From positions 1,302,001-1,366,000 of the forward strand of contig VJWM01000068.1 of NCBI GenBank assembly GCA_010909165.1: a stretch of 64,000 bases of DNA. Direction: 5' to 3'. Below are positions 22,940 to 34,700 of the stretch, piece after piece (the first letter of the stretch is position 1; each line of letters starts with the position of its first letter). The translations under genes and the position numbers were made by a program. A model generated the notes under the pieces. It did not search any database. It saw only the letters and a list, made by a program, of their open reading frames with translations, and had not been told where the DNA came from. The DNA comes from Anthoceros angustus (Eukaryota; Plantae; Anthocerotophyta).

Positions 22940-25425
22940 ATGATGAGCTACGTCTGGCTTTGACCAGTTGGAATACATACATGGCGGGTTAGATTAGGAT
23001 ATGTGGGGTATATGCTGTCAACAGACTATCCGGTACCATCTTCGCTCCGTGTGCTCTTGCCTTTGGTACTCGAGGCGGAGTGAGTTCCTGCGTCACCGTG
23101 CGGGATTAATTGGTGGTAGAGGATGTGTTTAGGCTCGGTGACTCCGCCACAGCTTGATGGAGTGCGGAGGGGCGGACTTGAGCTCGGGAGGTGCTCGCGG
23201 GTGAATTCTCGGGTCGAGACTAACAGGCTCTTGGAGCGGAGGGCTGGAGTTCTGGCTGCGAAGTCCTTCTCTGAGCGTAGGCGGTGGGAGGGATTAGGGG
23301 GCGCTTGGGGTGTCTGCCCGGAAGCCATCCTTGGAGGCTCTGGAGCAGGCTGTGGAGTTGCAGTGTGAAGCCACTTCTCTGAGCGTGGCGGTGAGGAGGA
23401 TTAGGCGCTTGGGGACTGGGGCGGAAGCCATCCTTGGAGGCTGGGGCATGTGAGGTTCTGTTCAAAGCTACTTCTCCATGAGCGTGGGTAGGAAGGGCAA
23501 AAGCGGCTGGTGTGAATACATCGTGTTGGTGTTGTGACTACCGGTGGTGATGGACAGAGAGGAGGTCGCGTTGCGGCGTGTGTTGGGGTGGAGTTGTGGC
23601 GGGCCAGTTGAGGGGCGCTAGTCGTGGTGAAGCGGAGGCAGCGTCGCTAAACTGTTCGGTGTCCGACAGGCGGGGTTTGTGGGAAGGTCGGTGGGCGTGG
23701 TCCAAACGAGTTGTGGAGGCCACACTTAGGGTTGTGGCGGGACCCAACATGATGAAGTCCGTTCGGCGGTGGCGTCTCGAGCGAATAAGCGAGACCATTC
23801 CCAGGAGCGGACTCCTTCCTACAACGACACGGGATTGTCTTGGTGCCGTCCGCGCCACATTTTGCGCCGTTCTTGGGGAATAGTGTTGTGGTGCTGAGTT
23901 AGTAGATATGAGTAGGCAGTGCGCTGCGGTGTGGATGGGTGTAATGGTCGGGCGGTTGTGGAGTATATAGAAGTGAGAATATGCAGGGGCCGGGACGTGT
24001 GCGAATCTAGCGGGAGGCCCTCAAAGGGAGAAAGAAGATGGGCACAGGCGGGAGGGCGGCACATCAACCTCGGAGGAGGCGACTCATCCTCAGCGGAGGA
24101 TGAATCTTGGTAAAAAGAATCCCAATGTTGGGACTTGTGGCGCGGAGGTAGTAAAAGGCGAGAAGAGTCAGGCGAGGAGGCGGGTGTTGCGGTGGGGCCA
24201 TATGATGAAAGAGTATGTGGAGTGCCATGTCACTCTGGCGGTTGCTTTTTGTTTTGGTCGTTCTTGTTAAGAGGGATAGGAGGAGTTAGCCAATAAGGCC
24301 GTTTGGCGGTTATAAGTGCAATCCTAACCACAGGTCCGTTGGGCGGCGAGCAGTGAATGGTGGGTCAGGTCGACGGGTTCCGGTCGGGGTCGTGAGTGTG
24401 GGTCGAGTCGTTAGTCCGGTCAGTCCCGTGGTTGAGGTCGGTCAAGCCAGTGTGGTCAGGTCAGGTCAAAGTTAGGTGTGGCACGCGGCGTAGTGGTTGG
24501 CATAGTTTGGAGCGGATCTCTTGGAAAGGGCGTGCTGGTGGAAGAAGTCGGGTGCAATGATGAGCTACGTCCTGGCGGTTACTCGACCCGTTAGGTACAT
24601 ACATAGGCGGGTTAGATTAGGATATGTGGGGTATATAGGAAGGCTGGCGTCCAAGGCGGCAGACTATCCGGGTACCATCTTGGCTCCGTGTGCTCTTGCC
24701 TTTCGTGCTCGAGGGCCAGTGAGTTCTGCGTCTGCGAGGATTAATTGGTGGTAGAGGATGTGTTTAGCTCGGTGTGCTCCAACACGCTTGATGGGTGCGG
24801 GCAGGGGCGGACTGAGCTCGGGAGGTGCTGGGTGAATTCTCGGGTGAGACTAACCTTGGAGGCTGGAGCGGATGGAGTTGCATGAAGTCACTTCTCTGCG
24901 AGCGTGGGCGGTCGGAGATTAGGGCGCTTGGGGTGTCTCGCGGAAGCCATCCTTGGAGGCTCTTTGGAGCATTGTGGAGTTGCAGCTGTGAAATCTGAGC
25001 ATGAAGCGGTCGGAGGGATTGGGAGGCGCTTGGGGAAACTGTGGCGGAAGCCATCCTTGAGGCTCTTGGAGCAATGTGGGGTTGCAGTGCAAAGCTACTT
25101 CTCCGAGCGTAGCGGAAGCAAAAGGCGGTGTGAATACATCGTGTTGGTGTTGTGACCTGTGGTGATGGACAAGAGGAGGAGTCGGCGTTAGCGTGTGTGT
25201 TGGGGTGGGTTGTGGGGAGTTGAACTAGGCGCTGAAATGCCCGGAGGCAGCGTAAACTTCGGTGTCGGAGAAAGTGAGGGTTTGTGGGAAGGTCCGTGGG
25301 CTCAAATGTCCGACGAGTTGTGGAGGCCACACACTTGGGGTTGTAGCCGACCCAACATGATGAAGTCGTTGAGGTGGGGCTGCTTTCAGCAATAAGCGAT
25401 ATTCCCTTGAGCGACTCCTTCGACA
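22940..25425 (+). repeat. Imperfect direct repeat pair (~22940-23830 and ~24558-25425) with internal ~110-bp subrepeats
   Basis: Both start tgatgagctacgtc..tacatacat..ggcgggttagattaggatatgtggggtatat. The subrepeat gcgcttgggg...cggaagccatccttggaggct occurs twice per unit. Confidence 0.85.
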
Positions 25426-26559
25426 GGTTGTGCGGCACTCCGATGGTTGTTTCGCCTCAAGACTCCCATAGGGCGCGGCATGCGATGGCGCCCTCCCAAA
25501 CGCATCTGGCCTTGCCTCAAGCGGTAGGTCCCAGTGGGGCCGGAGGCGCCCCTCTCAAACCACATCAAAATCGCTTCCTGGAGCCCTCAAACCCGTTTGA
25601 ATCTATGACTCGGTGGAGATACACTCTCACCATCTCGAAAGAGGCCTGTGGCCATTGCACACAGGTCGGCCAGCTCAACCTCGCGATGAATCACCGATTG
25701 AGGCGGTATGGAGAAGGATGGGTAATGAGAGATGCTCTTTCCACCCCAAAGTGAAACATTTGTAGCGAGCGATGTGTGGATTCGGTGATTCAAAAAGGCA
25801 TGTGGGGTTCCATTGTCCAAAAGCGATAGCGGTAGTAAGATGGACTTTGGAAACCATCTTTGCAACAAGCTCGTGTGCAAACTACGTGCAAGGCAAACTT
25901 GCAAGAGCATGATATCGTTATCGAGGATGGGGAGGCGGAGCAAGAAGCGTTTTTTCAACTAGTGGATGTGGACATCGCGAAACCTAAGGAGAAGGTCATC
26001 ACACATATCATGGGGCTGGGCGCATTCGTGTTGTTTGCAAGCGGAGAGTTCTTGCATAGGTTCCAGCGGTATGAGGAGTTGAAGGCGGTATTGTGCAATG
26101 CTCCATGGGGCGGAGCAGGAATCCTCGGCAACCCTGTCGCATGCAGGGAGGCTGGCATGGATGGATTCCACTTTTCAATTCATGTCGGAAAGGCGCGAGC
26201 GTCGATGTTTTCACATGCGATACATTTTCCAAGTTGGAAATATGGGCCCGATCTGCGACGGGATATGGCACGGTCCTCCATGAAGTTCGTCTCCTGTATG
26301 TTCTTAACCCTGGAGAAACAACTTTCCGAAGGTCCGGATACCAAAATCAAACAGGTTTTCTACTTGTTCTCTGCGCGAGGCCTCAAGCGCACTATTCGCA
26401 ACACATCGGCGGATCAAGGTTTGTTCCTTTAATCACAAAGGCGAATCAAGGGAAATTCGAATCTTGTTCGTTGACATGTTGCCGGCATGGTAGGGACCGT
26501 GTTTATCCAATCGGTTTATGTGTGTCATGCCACACAGTTGATAACATGTGGTAGCACGC

Positions 26560-27170
26560 CGTGCTTATGGCGGTGGCGTCATGGCGCTGTCGTGCATGAT
26601 GTTTGGAGGAAGGCGCGGCATGCGGTGCCTATGTAACCATAGCTCGTTCTCCGGCATGCGCGCAATATGGTTACAGGCGCCCGCGCCATAGATATGGTTA
26701 CATAGCGGCATGCTATGCTCTCGGTTACATCGGTGCGGCATCTGCATATACTCCTGCAGGTGCGGGCATGCGGCGCCTATGTAGTGCGGAGGCCGGCGCG
26801 CCTGTATAGCTCAGGTGCGGGCGGCATGCGCCATGCGCAGGCGGAGGCGGCATGCCTGCCTATGTCATACTGCGTGCGGGCGCATGGCGCTGTTCTTAGT
26901 GCGGGCGGCATGCGCATGCGTGCTGCTCCTATTACATACGCGACGGCATGGCGCCTATGTTCATACCAGTTTTTGAGCACCGTCATGACCCACCTATGTC
27001 GGTTATGCGGTGGCATGCGGCTATGTCCATACATCGGTTTATGCAGCGCATGACCCGACCTATGCTTGAATATATGTCGGCCGCATGGCGCCTATGGGCA
27101 TATATTGTTCCCCATGGGTATAGTGCATGATGCGCAATACATGGTCGCCATACATCCGGTGCCTTCACGC
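26560..27170. repeat. Highly degenerate minisatellite, core gcggcatg(g)cgcctatgt
   Basis: Recurring ggcatggcgcctatg / ggcatgcg motifs at irregular ~25-35 bp spacing. Confidence 0.7.
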
Positions 27171-30100
27171 CTTAGTCCTTGCATGCGGTGGGTTGTGCTC
27201 ACGTATGCTGGTGTGCCCGTACTCATGTAGGAGTTTTGGTCAAATGTGGTGGAGGTCGTTGTGCAATACTCCTTGTTTTGACATGTGCATATTTTCGGTT
27301 GTGAGGTATATGAAGGGCACTGGCGTCTCATCGACTACGTCTGAGCAGGACAAAGGAGCATCGCTCTAAAAGTTATGCTCAACCTCACAAGTACATGCTT
27401 ACGGCTATCGACGGTATGGACCAAGAAGAAAATGCCCCATTTTATTCGATACCCAAAAGATTTAGCGGATAGTTCACTTATTAATGTTCATGTAGTTGTA
27501 TGGTGCATAATTACACTTTCAAGGCGAGGCGTATTTGCATTATGCCAATTTGGAATGACGAATCTAACTATCAACATAATTCAAGATGTCATATTTTCAT
27601 ATGAAGGGGTGCTTCCAAAGTGCTTTATCTCCGACTTGACAATACATGCGGGAGAACAAAAATCAGTTGTTATTCGCATACCTAAATATGCTCGTTGACC
27701 TTCAAGTGTTTGTGAAAGTCAAGGTTGGTTTCCTTGGTTGGTCACACACATGATCGTAGATCAAATGTTTTCTTGTTTCTCAAGCTTCGAGACACAAAGA
27801 GGCTTTACAATAGATACCTGGCGGACATTCGTGACATTCACTCCAAAAGCGGAGTGAAGATTATAGCGAGTAGCGGACTTTCGTTCATATGTATGCCGAT
27901 CGGAAAGGAGCAAGAGGATATGCATACAAGGCGGTGAAGCTGAACAACCTTTCCTTCCATCGGTTCAAAATCACACGGGAAGAGCAGCAGGCCGTAGCCA
28001 CGCATTCTTGTTATTCCACTTCACAGGAATCGGAAGATGGTTTAGAATTTTTGAACTTCGTTCCCACCATTGCAGTTGGTCGGCTCCGCTTATGGCTTTG
28101 AAAGCGAAAGACAAAAAGGCGGGATGGTGATTGTCGCCATCGAAGGTGTGAAGCACTTGAAGAATGGGTTATTGAACTTGAGGACATACATACATAGGCG
28201 AGAGAGAGTGTGGTGGAGGTTGTTTGGATTGATCAAGAGGAATCGCCCTTATTGTGGAGAACAACATAGCTCTTGTGCTAAAAGCGACCATGGAGATGGT
28301 ACAATAGGCGGCGAGGCGAACTTGCCTCCGCTCCAAGTCCTGAAGAGGTTGTCCTCGAGCATTACTCGAGAGGTACCCCAACGCGATATGTATTTGGGGC
28401 ATATCGAATATTGGTGCATGTGACAACAAATTGAAAAATGAATGGGGATATCAAGGAGATACGGAAAGGAATGTTCATCGCTACTCCATGTGCGAGAGCG
28501 CACATGAGGCTTTTGGATTGGGAAGGTGGGCGTGGACTTTAATTGTGAGAAGCCTTAGCTTATGGTCCAGCATGAGCAAACACGATGCGTTTGAAGGAAA
28601 TATGTTGAAGAATTTTTGTTCGGGGACGCATTAGCAGGACATGGGAAGCGGTGGGAAAAGAGGATTACCAAAGAACATCCAGTTGTTTGTTGACAAGACT
28701 ATAATCCTCTATTATGGATTCAACTTGAATGGAAGGAAACACTTGTATGCTTGAGATAAAAGGCCATTCAAAAACTAAATCACCGCCCTTTTACGCAACC
28801 CGGGAGAGGACGATAGCGACAGGAAGCGATGACGGAGGTCCTATATTGGATGAAGGAATTGAGTCGAGGGTGAAATTATGCGCGGATGTTTGAAAGATGC
28901 ATAGAACATGCCCTTGCAAAATAAGCATGTTGAGTAGTAGATGTTCACAATTATATAGTTCTCTATGGGACTCACCCTATTAGGTGGAGCAGGCGCCTAC
29001 TTTATTCTTGCCGCTCATTAATACGATGTTATCAATTCAAACCGTGCACAAGCGGACACGAAGCGAAAGTGTCACCCATCTGCTCTTTGTCGTCTTGTCC
29101 CAATGCACGAGGTTAATTAATATGCCCATGAACTCGGCGGTAAAATGCGATTGTTGCTTCTTGCTATCGCTAACGCGAGATGGGAATGGATAGAAGTTCA
29201 TCTATGTACAGTGCGGGGGTGGTGGGGCATGCCCCGCATGTGCCTTGTATCTGACCAGCCACAATAAATTAGGAAAAACAACCGGCTGCCTTGATGTTGC
29301 ATTGGCGTGTGCGAGAATACAACCAAGGCCGTACACCTCATCCACGTTACAAAGCTGTTTAAGCCTCGCTCAACACTTCATGCATATCCATATATTTCCC
29401 AAACCACTCACCATGCGTGTAAAAGTTGCATATTACAAAGCATAGCGAGGCCCTCACACATGGACTTAAATATGGGCATGTTTTGCGAGCAAAATTGCAT
29501 TGATCTTCCAACAAATCCCTTTGTTTGGCCACCCCATGTCATGAACTCATGTTCAAGTACATGTGCCACCCTTTTTCCCTCTTACTTTCAAACAAATAGT
29601 CCAAGAAGGGTTTGAGTGCCCATGTTGCCGCCGGTTATTTGTATAAAGTGGGAAAACGCCGCTTCCTGTTTATTACGACGGAAAGAACATTATAGTGTTA
29701 AAAGTGCAAGTTTGCGTTCAAGCGGATTGAGTATCTTGGACATGAAATTGTGCCAGGAGGAATCATGCCGCAGTTGGCTAAGGTGCAGGCCGTGATGCAG
29801 ATGCCTAGGCCCAAGGATGTGGCAGCTCTTAGAGCATTTCTAGGGCTAGTGAATTACTACAAGAGATTTATGAAGGACCTCAGTTCTACATGCAAGCTAT
29901 CGCACGAGGTAAATTCCTGTAAGCACTTACTCGACAAACAACCAAGCAAAACAAATCTAATACATGCATATAGGTGCAAACCAATAACAGCAGGAAGTAG
30001 GCTGCACCGTAGCACAAACATACTCCCCATAAACAACACGCAAATTCCTCACACTCTCGAGTCATAGCTTTGGCCTCACCCTTAACAAGCGCATGCGTTG

Positions 30101-30525
30101 TATATCAGAGACATTGTGATCTAAGCATGGAGAATTACTATCTTGCATCGGCATATTCCTAAGATATCCTATTGGCATTGATATGTCGAAAATATCCTAA
30201 GAATACACTATATAATATGCGAGCATTACTTGAGCTTATCCACTTAGCTATTGCTAACCATCTTTAATTAACACTAATCAATGCTTAATTAACATAAGCA
30301 TTAGATTAATTAATTAATTACTTACTTAAAGATAAGTAATTAGATTAATTAATCAACTAAACCCAAGTGCATAGATTAGTATCACGGCATGACGGCGGTA
30401 TCATGGCAGGTAAATTCATATAAGCACTTCGACCAACAACCAAGCAAAACATCTAATATGTAAATAATCCACGATAATGTGAGACTCCAAGTCAAAACAT
30501 TATCATTAGTAGACTACATCGCACC

Positions 30526-31720
30526 TCATGTAGTGCATTGTGCACAAAACCAATCTTCCTCGGGAATGTCGTCAGAGGTGGTTGAACACAAAACATATGG
30601 TATCCTATTGCACCGTCAAAGAAGCATTACATCATCATCATCGTCGTCCATAAACGACACTCCAAGTCTTTGGGTGGGCCACATTATGAGCCGTAGTTGA
30701 GGGTCCAAATTGGGTAAGTGGCATGGTGCGGTGATCCTTCCATCTTGACCAGGATCCTTGAGCTCAAGCACTCCATCTTTGCCTACTGCGCCGCATAAGA
30801 TGACTCTGTGGTGGATACCTCCAAGGTGTTGCACGGCTTAGTCAGTGGTAATCTCCAACTTGAACCTTGGGTTTCCATGTCCCTCCTCTTGTGTAAGCAT
30901 AGCGCGATTGATCCTGTTTCGCTATGGCAAGGTTCTCCATTGCCATGGGCATGATCCGTTTAAAACGCCCGCCTTTCCGGTCTCGTAGGCAATCATCCGC
31001 ATTGCGCCAATCCGGTGCTTGTAGCCTTGCTTGCCTCACGTTTGGCAAAATGGTTGTCGCCATACAACAAGTAGTATGGTGAAAAATTGCTCAAGGTGCT
31101 TGATTGCTCACCCTGCCTAGCACTAGGTATGGCATCCCTTCATCCCATGTCTTGGTCATTGTGAGACAATACTTTGAGGCCGCTTGAAGTGCTGCGCAGC
31201 AAGTCCATCGGCTTGAGGATGATCTCTCGGCGTCGTCGATGATCAATCAAGCTCTGTCAAGCAAGTCTTGAAATTCCCCACGAATTCTTTGCCACAGTCG
31301 GTGAGAACCTGCACATGCTCCATATCGACTAAGAGGAAGCCAAGAATGCCTTCTTTGGTGGTAGAGTCACGCTTGGGTAAGATGGCAACCTCGCACCACT
31401 TGAAATGCTCCACCATTAGCATGACATGCTTGTTTCGATCTGGCGTCTGCGGCATGTCGGCATGAGATCCACACTCCACATAGAAGAGTCCTCGGATCGG
31501 CGGAGAGTGAAGCACAACATCATTGGCTGAACCTTGCCTTCACTCGATCGCACACTACGTTACGACCAGCCTTTCCACATCTCCATACATCCTTGCCCAA
31601 AGTGTGGGCTGAGCATGTTGTAGGTGCGCTTAGCACCAAAATGCCCTAAGCCTTCATGCACGGGTGATGAGTCTCACCGGTCCTCCCGGCTTGGGTACGA
31701 TTCTATCTCCGGAATCACGG
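30526..31720 (-). mobile_element. Ty3/gypsy integrase with a C-terminal PHD finger (frameshifted fragment)
   Basis: HEGLGHFGAKRTY zinc-binding region, the core (VLTDCGKEF, DHPQADGLA) and GVLEL..APCHLPNLDP. Then PKDLECRL../DDDDDVMLL(CDG)CNR(G)YHMFCVQPPLT(T)IPEEDWFCAQC TT* (~30675-30526). Confidence 0.85.
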
Positions 31721-31746
31721 ACATACATTATATGTTTTGGTCAGCC

Positions 31747-34700
31747 TACTAGAAATGGGCACCCTATTTACACTTTATGTTAAGATTTGGACCCTGGATG
31801 TAACACTCATGTTGCAATTTTGGGGTCATGTAACACTGGGCCCCTTGTTACACTTTGGCTTGGAAACCATACCACGGCGTTGTTGCAATCATGTTGCAAT
31901 GGTGTTGCAATTATGTTAAGATGAAGTGAGAGGTGGTTTTGCCTCTCTCAAAATTGCAACATGATTGCAACATCTAAAGTGTTACAGAGAGGTCTTGTAA
32001 CACTTTTGGAGGCTTGAACCTCCTCCCCATCCACTATTCCTTTTACTTTTGCCCTTGAAATACCACGTTTTACTTGGTAGTTACCAGTCGCCCTTCAACG
32101 ACCATATATAAATACACGTATACATCCTTATACTATACACATATCTCTGATAAATGTAATATATTATTCTAAGTGCTATGTATTCAATTTCATATAAAAT
32201 AAGTTTGTATATCATGCATTATTACGTACATTACCTTTGATGCATACATATTCATGATACTTTGTATTTACTATGTGTAAATAGCGTCTACCCCTACTTT
32301 ATAGCATGCATGCGGTTTGTCCTTCCGTCACCAATAGCCATCGGCTTCCACCATGGCGCCCAGAAGATATGTCCCCACCTATCACCTTATTGACGCATCA
32401 CCATGAGGTTATGCCCCTACAAGATTGTCTTTGTGCGGAGAGGTTTGGTATGCTTGTGCTTTTACGCCTCCATGTAAGGCACTTCCTACTCGTCATCGTA
32501 TGCACCTCGAAACTTCCGCCCTCCCGTTCGATTCCCAATTTTCTTCTTCCCGCTTGCGTTGGCAAGCTTTGCCACTTCGCTTCCCTCCACGCATACACCG
32601 TTGCACATACAAACCGGCATGGCCATCATGAGTTATTCAGCGTTAATGGGTCTACAACATAGCGGACCATTTGCCTTACCTTCCCTCGGTCCCTCCTCGT
32701 TTCTTACGCCTTCTTCTGGACATTTTCCTCTTAGTCCTCCTTCTTCCGGTACATGTGCCGTGCCCTTATCACTCGCCCATGGTACCTCTACTCCTCCTCC
32801 TCTTTTCCTCTTTGCCTCCACCCTTTATCGGTGGCGTTGCCTCAAGGGCTCCACTATAGGTCCATGCTCTCGGCATCGGAGGCTGCAAGATGTATATGCA
32901 GCAATTAGGCACATCGTCCTCTTGACTGCCTCTGATCGTCCATGTTATCTGGCGTCCCCCCGTCACCCCCCGGCCTCCATCGTACCTTGGCCTTTGCCCA
33001 TATCAAAGGCACATGATGCCCTCTTGAACCTCCTTCATTCTCTCCCCTCGACATCGCCTCATGCTGTTCTGGCCCCTTGCCATGCTGCTGGGTGATCCAC
33101 TTCTTGTCGTCCTCCGCCACCTCCTCCTACTCCCCTGCGTTTTTGTTTGTCCATAGTGCACACAAGTGTGTTTCCTCACAGTGACGGATCGCCCTCCGTG
33201 GTCCACCACCCGACTCGCCCTCCACACTCATTGTTCACCTTGTTGGCGTCGTCATCCATCTCCTCCCAACGGCCTCCACCCTCCGCATACATGGCCGTCA
33301 CCTTGGTCTCGGGCACTCCTCCACCTCTTCTCCAGTATTTGCTTGCTTCCCACTGACCGTCGTCTGCCTCCATTGACACCATTCCGGGCATGCCTTCCAC
33401 CAACCACGATCGTGGTGTCGGGCACCACAATCCATTGTCACTCGTTTCCCCCTCCTGCCTCCCTCACCTTGCGCCTCATGGCCGCGTTCCCGTCTCACTT
33501 CACGCTCTTTCATCGTCGCCTTTCCCCCTTCCAATACCGTTGTGCCGCCTCCTCTGGCCTCCTCCTCCCAAGCCCCTTCGCCATGCATTCCTTCCTAGCC
33601 TCTCTACGTCCACCACCACCGTGCTGCTTGCCTCCACCCCTTCCTTCCGTCGCCTCGGAAGGCCACCATGTCGGGATCCATCTCCAATTCAATGTCATTA
33701 AGCAAAATGGTCATTTCCTTGTTCTCCTTGCAATGGCTTGAATCTGGTGTCTTCTCATACTCCACCTTACCCATTGTAGGAACTCGGCAGAACCCCACTA
33801 TCGCGGACCGCCCATGCATGGAAATCGTCCTCTTCAACCTCCCATACTCCCTCTTCTTCCGTTGGAACCGCCCATCTTGATTCTCAAACCTCACCACCCG
33901 GCCACGCCCTCCCTTTCCCCATGGGTTTGGACCCATCCCCGTTTTGGCTAGCCTCTCTTTTGCTGCGATTTCGTACTTGATGGCTCAAACTTCCGTTCCT
34001 CTTCAACTCCATCCGAGCCCATGCAAGTGCATCTTCCCACTCTTCGTCATCCACCATGCTCGGTTTCTTCCCATGTCCTCCCCCTCTACCATTTCCTCTA
34101 CGCGCCTTGACTTCCACACAAGTGCGTGTCCGCGTCATGAAGTGTCGGCTTATCTTGGACTTGACCACGGTGCAGGAATGAACACAGTTTCACTAAGTGC
34201 TTTCTCTTCTTTGAACGTCCATCTTGCAGTGCCCGGTTCATTCACAACCTTCGTCCTCACGGTACCATGATTCTTTGCCTTGCTCGGCCGAACAACGCCA
34301 GTCCCTCCCCTTCATGTGGTTTGCATGGCCTCCTTGACCATTTCACCCCATGCTTGTTTATCAAGGCTTTAACGATTGCATCGTTGTCCACCGCACTCAC
34401 GGCCGGACATCAGACCTCATCACCGCGTTAGAACACCCCTTGCGAAATTGATTGCGCCATTCGAGATCAAGTGCACGTCGTCGGTATGTCGCCTCTGCCG
34501 GCTTACCGGCCCTTCCACATTCCACTTCTTGCAATCGTTGCCACGCCCGACCCTCGAAGGTTGCCTCCCTTGTCCCCATGCTTAAACACTGCCCGGCATG
34601 CCGTGCTCTGTGTTACCGTTTGTCCACCATGCGCACTCATGGCGCAAACTTGAGCGTGTGCACACTTTGCCCGGCATCACTTGCGTGCGAGTCGAGACAA

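Larger units (their letters stand above)
20612..29697 (+). mobile_element. CACTA (En/Spm) DNA transposon, ~9.1 kb, inserted in the gypsy RT
   Basis: Left end ca[c]tataatgttctttc and right end gaaagaacattatagtg form a 17-bp TIR CACTATAATGTTCTTTC (one base missing on the left). Removing the element rejoins RT as HPK/KCKF. Degenerate TnpD-like motifs lie at ~25550-26420 (LKPH, DFGNHL, KQVFY). The 3-bp TSD is not clean (poly-A flank). Confidence 0.8.
12806..29890 (+). mobile_element. Ty3/gypsy LTR retrotransposon, degenerate, interrupted by nested insertions
   Basis: Putative LTR TGTTG(12806)...CAACA(13621), then gag/protease-like remnants. Pol pieces: IDEDISPEDKQRIIDMLEKNIGAFAFSWSELG (~16790-16878); EPIFKRRHRLSPAEWEIVD..RRMCGDYR..YPMPTPDEIFDAIGKAKYFTTLD..MPFGLKNA..YIDD (20043-20610; YIDD at 20512-20523); KCKFAFKRIEYLGH..RAFLGLVNYYKRF (29701-29880). 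LTR boundaries are weak. Confidence 0.85.

Noticed and set aside
29701-31720. RT/RNaseH and the PHD-integrase as one contiguous element
   Set aside because: They are on opposite strands, so they are separate copies or an inversion; this cannot be decided from the window.
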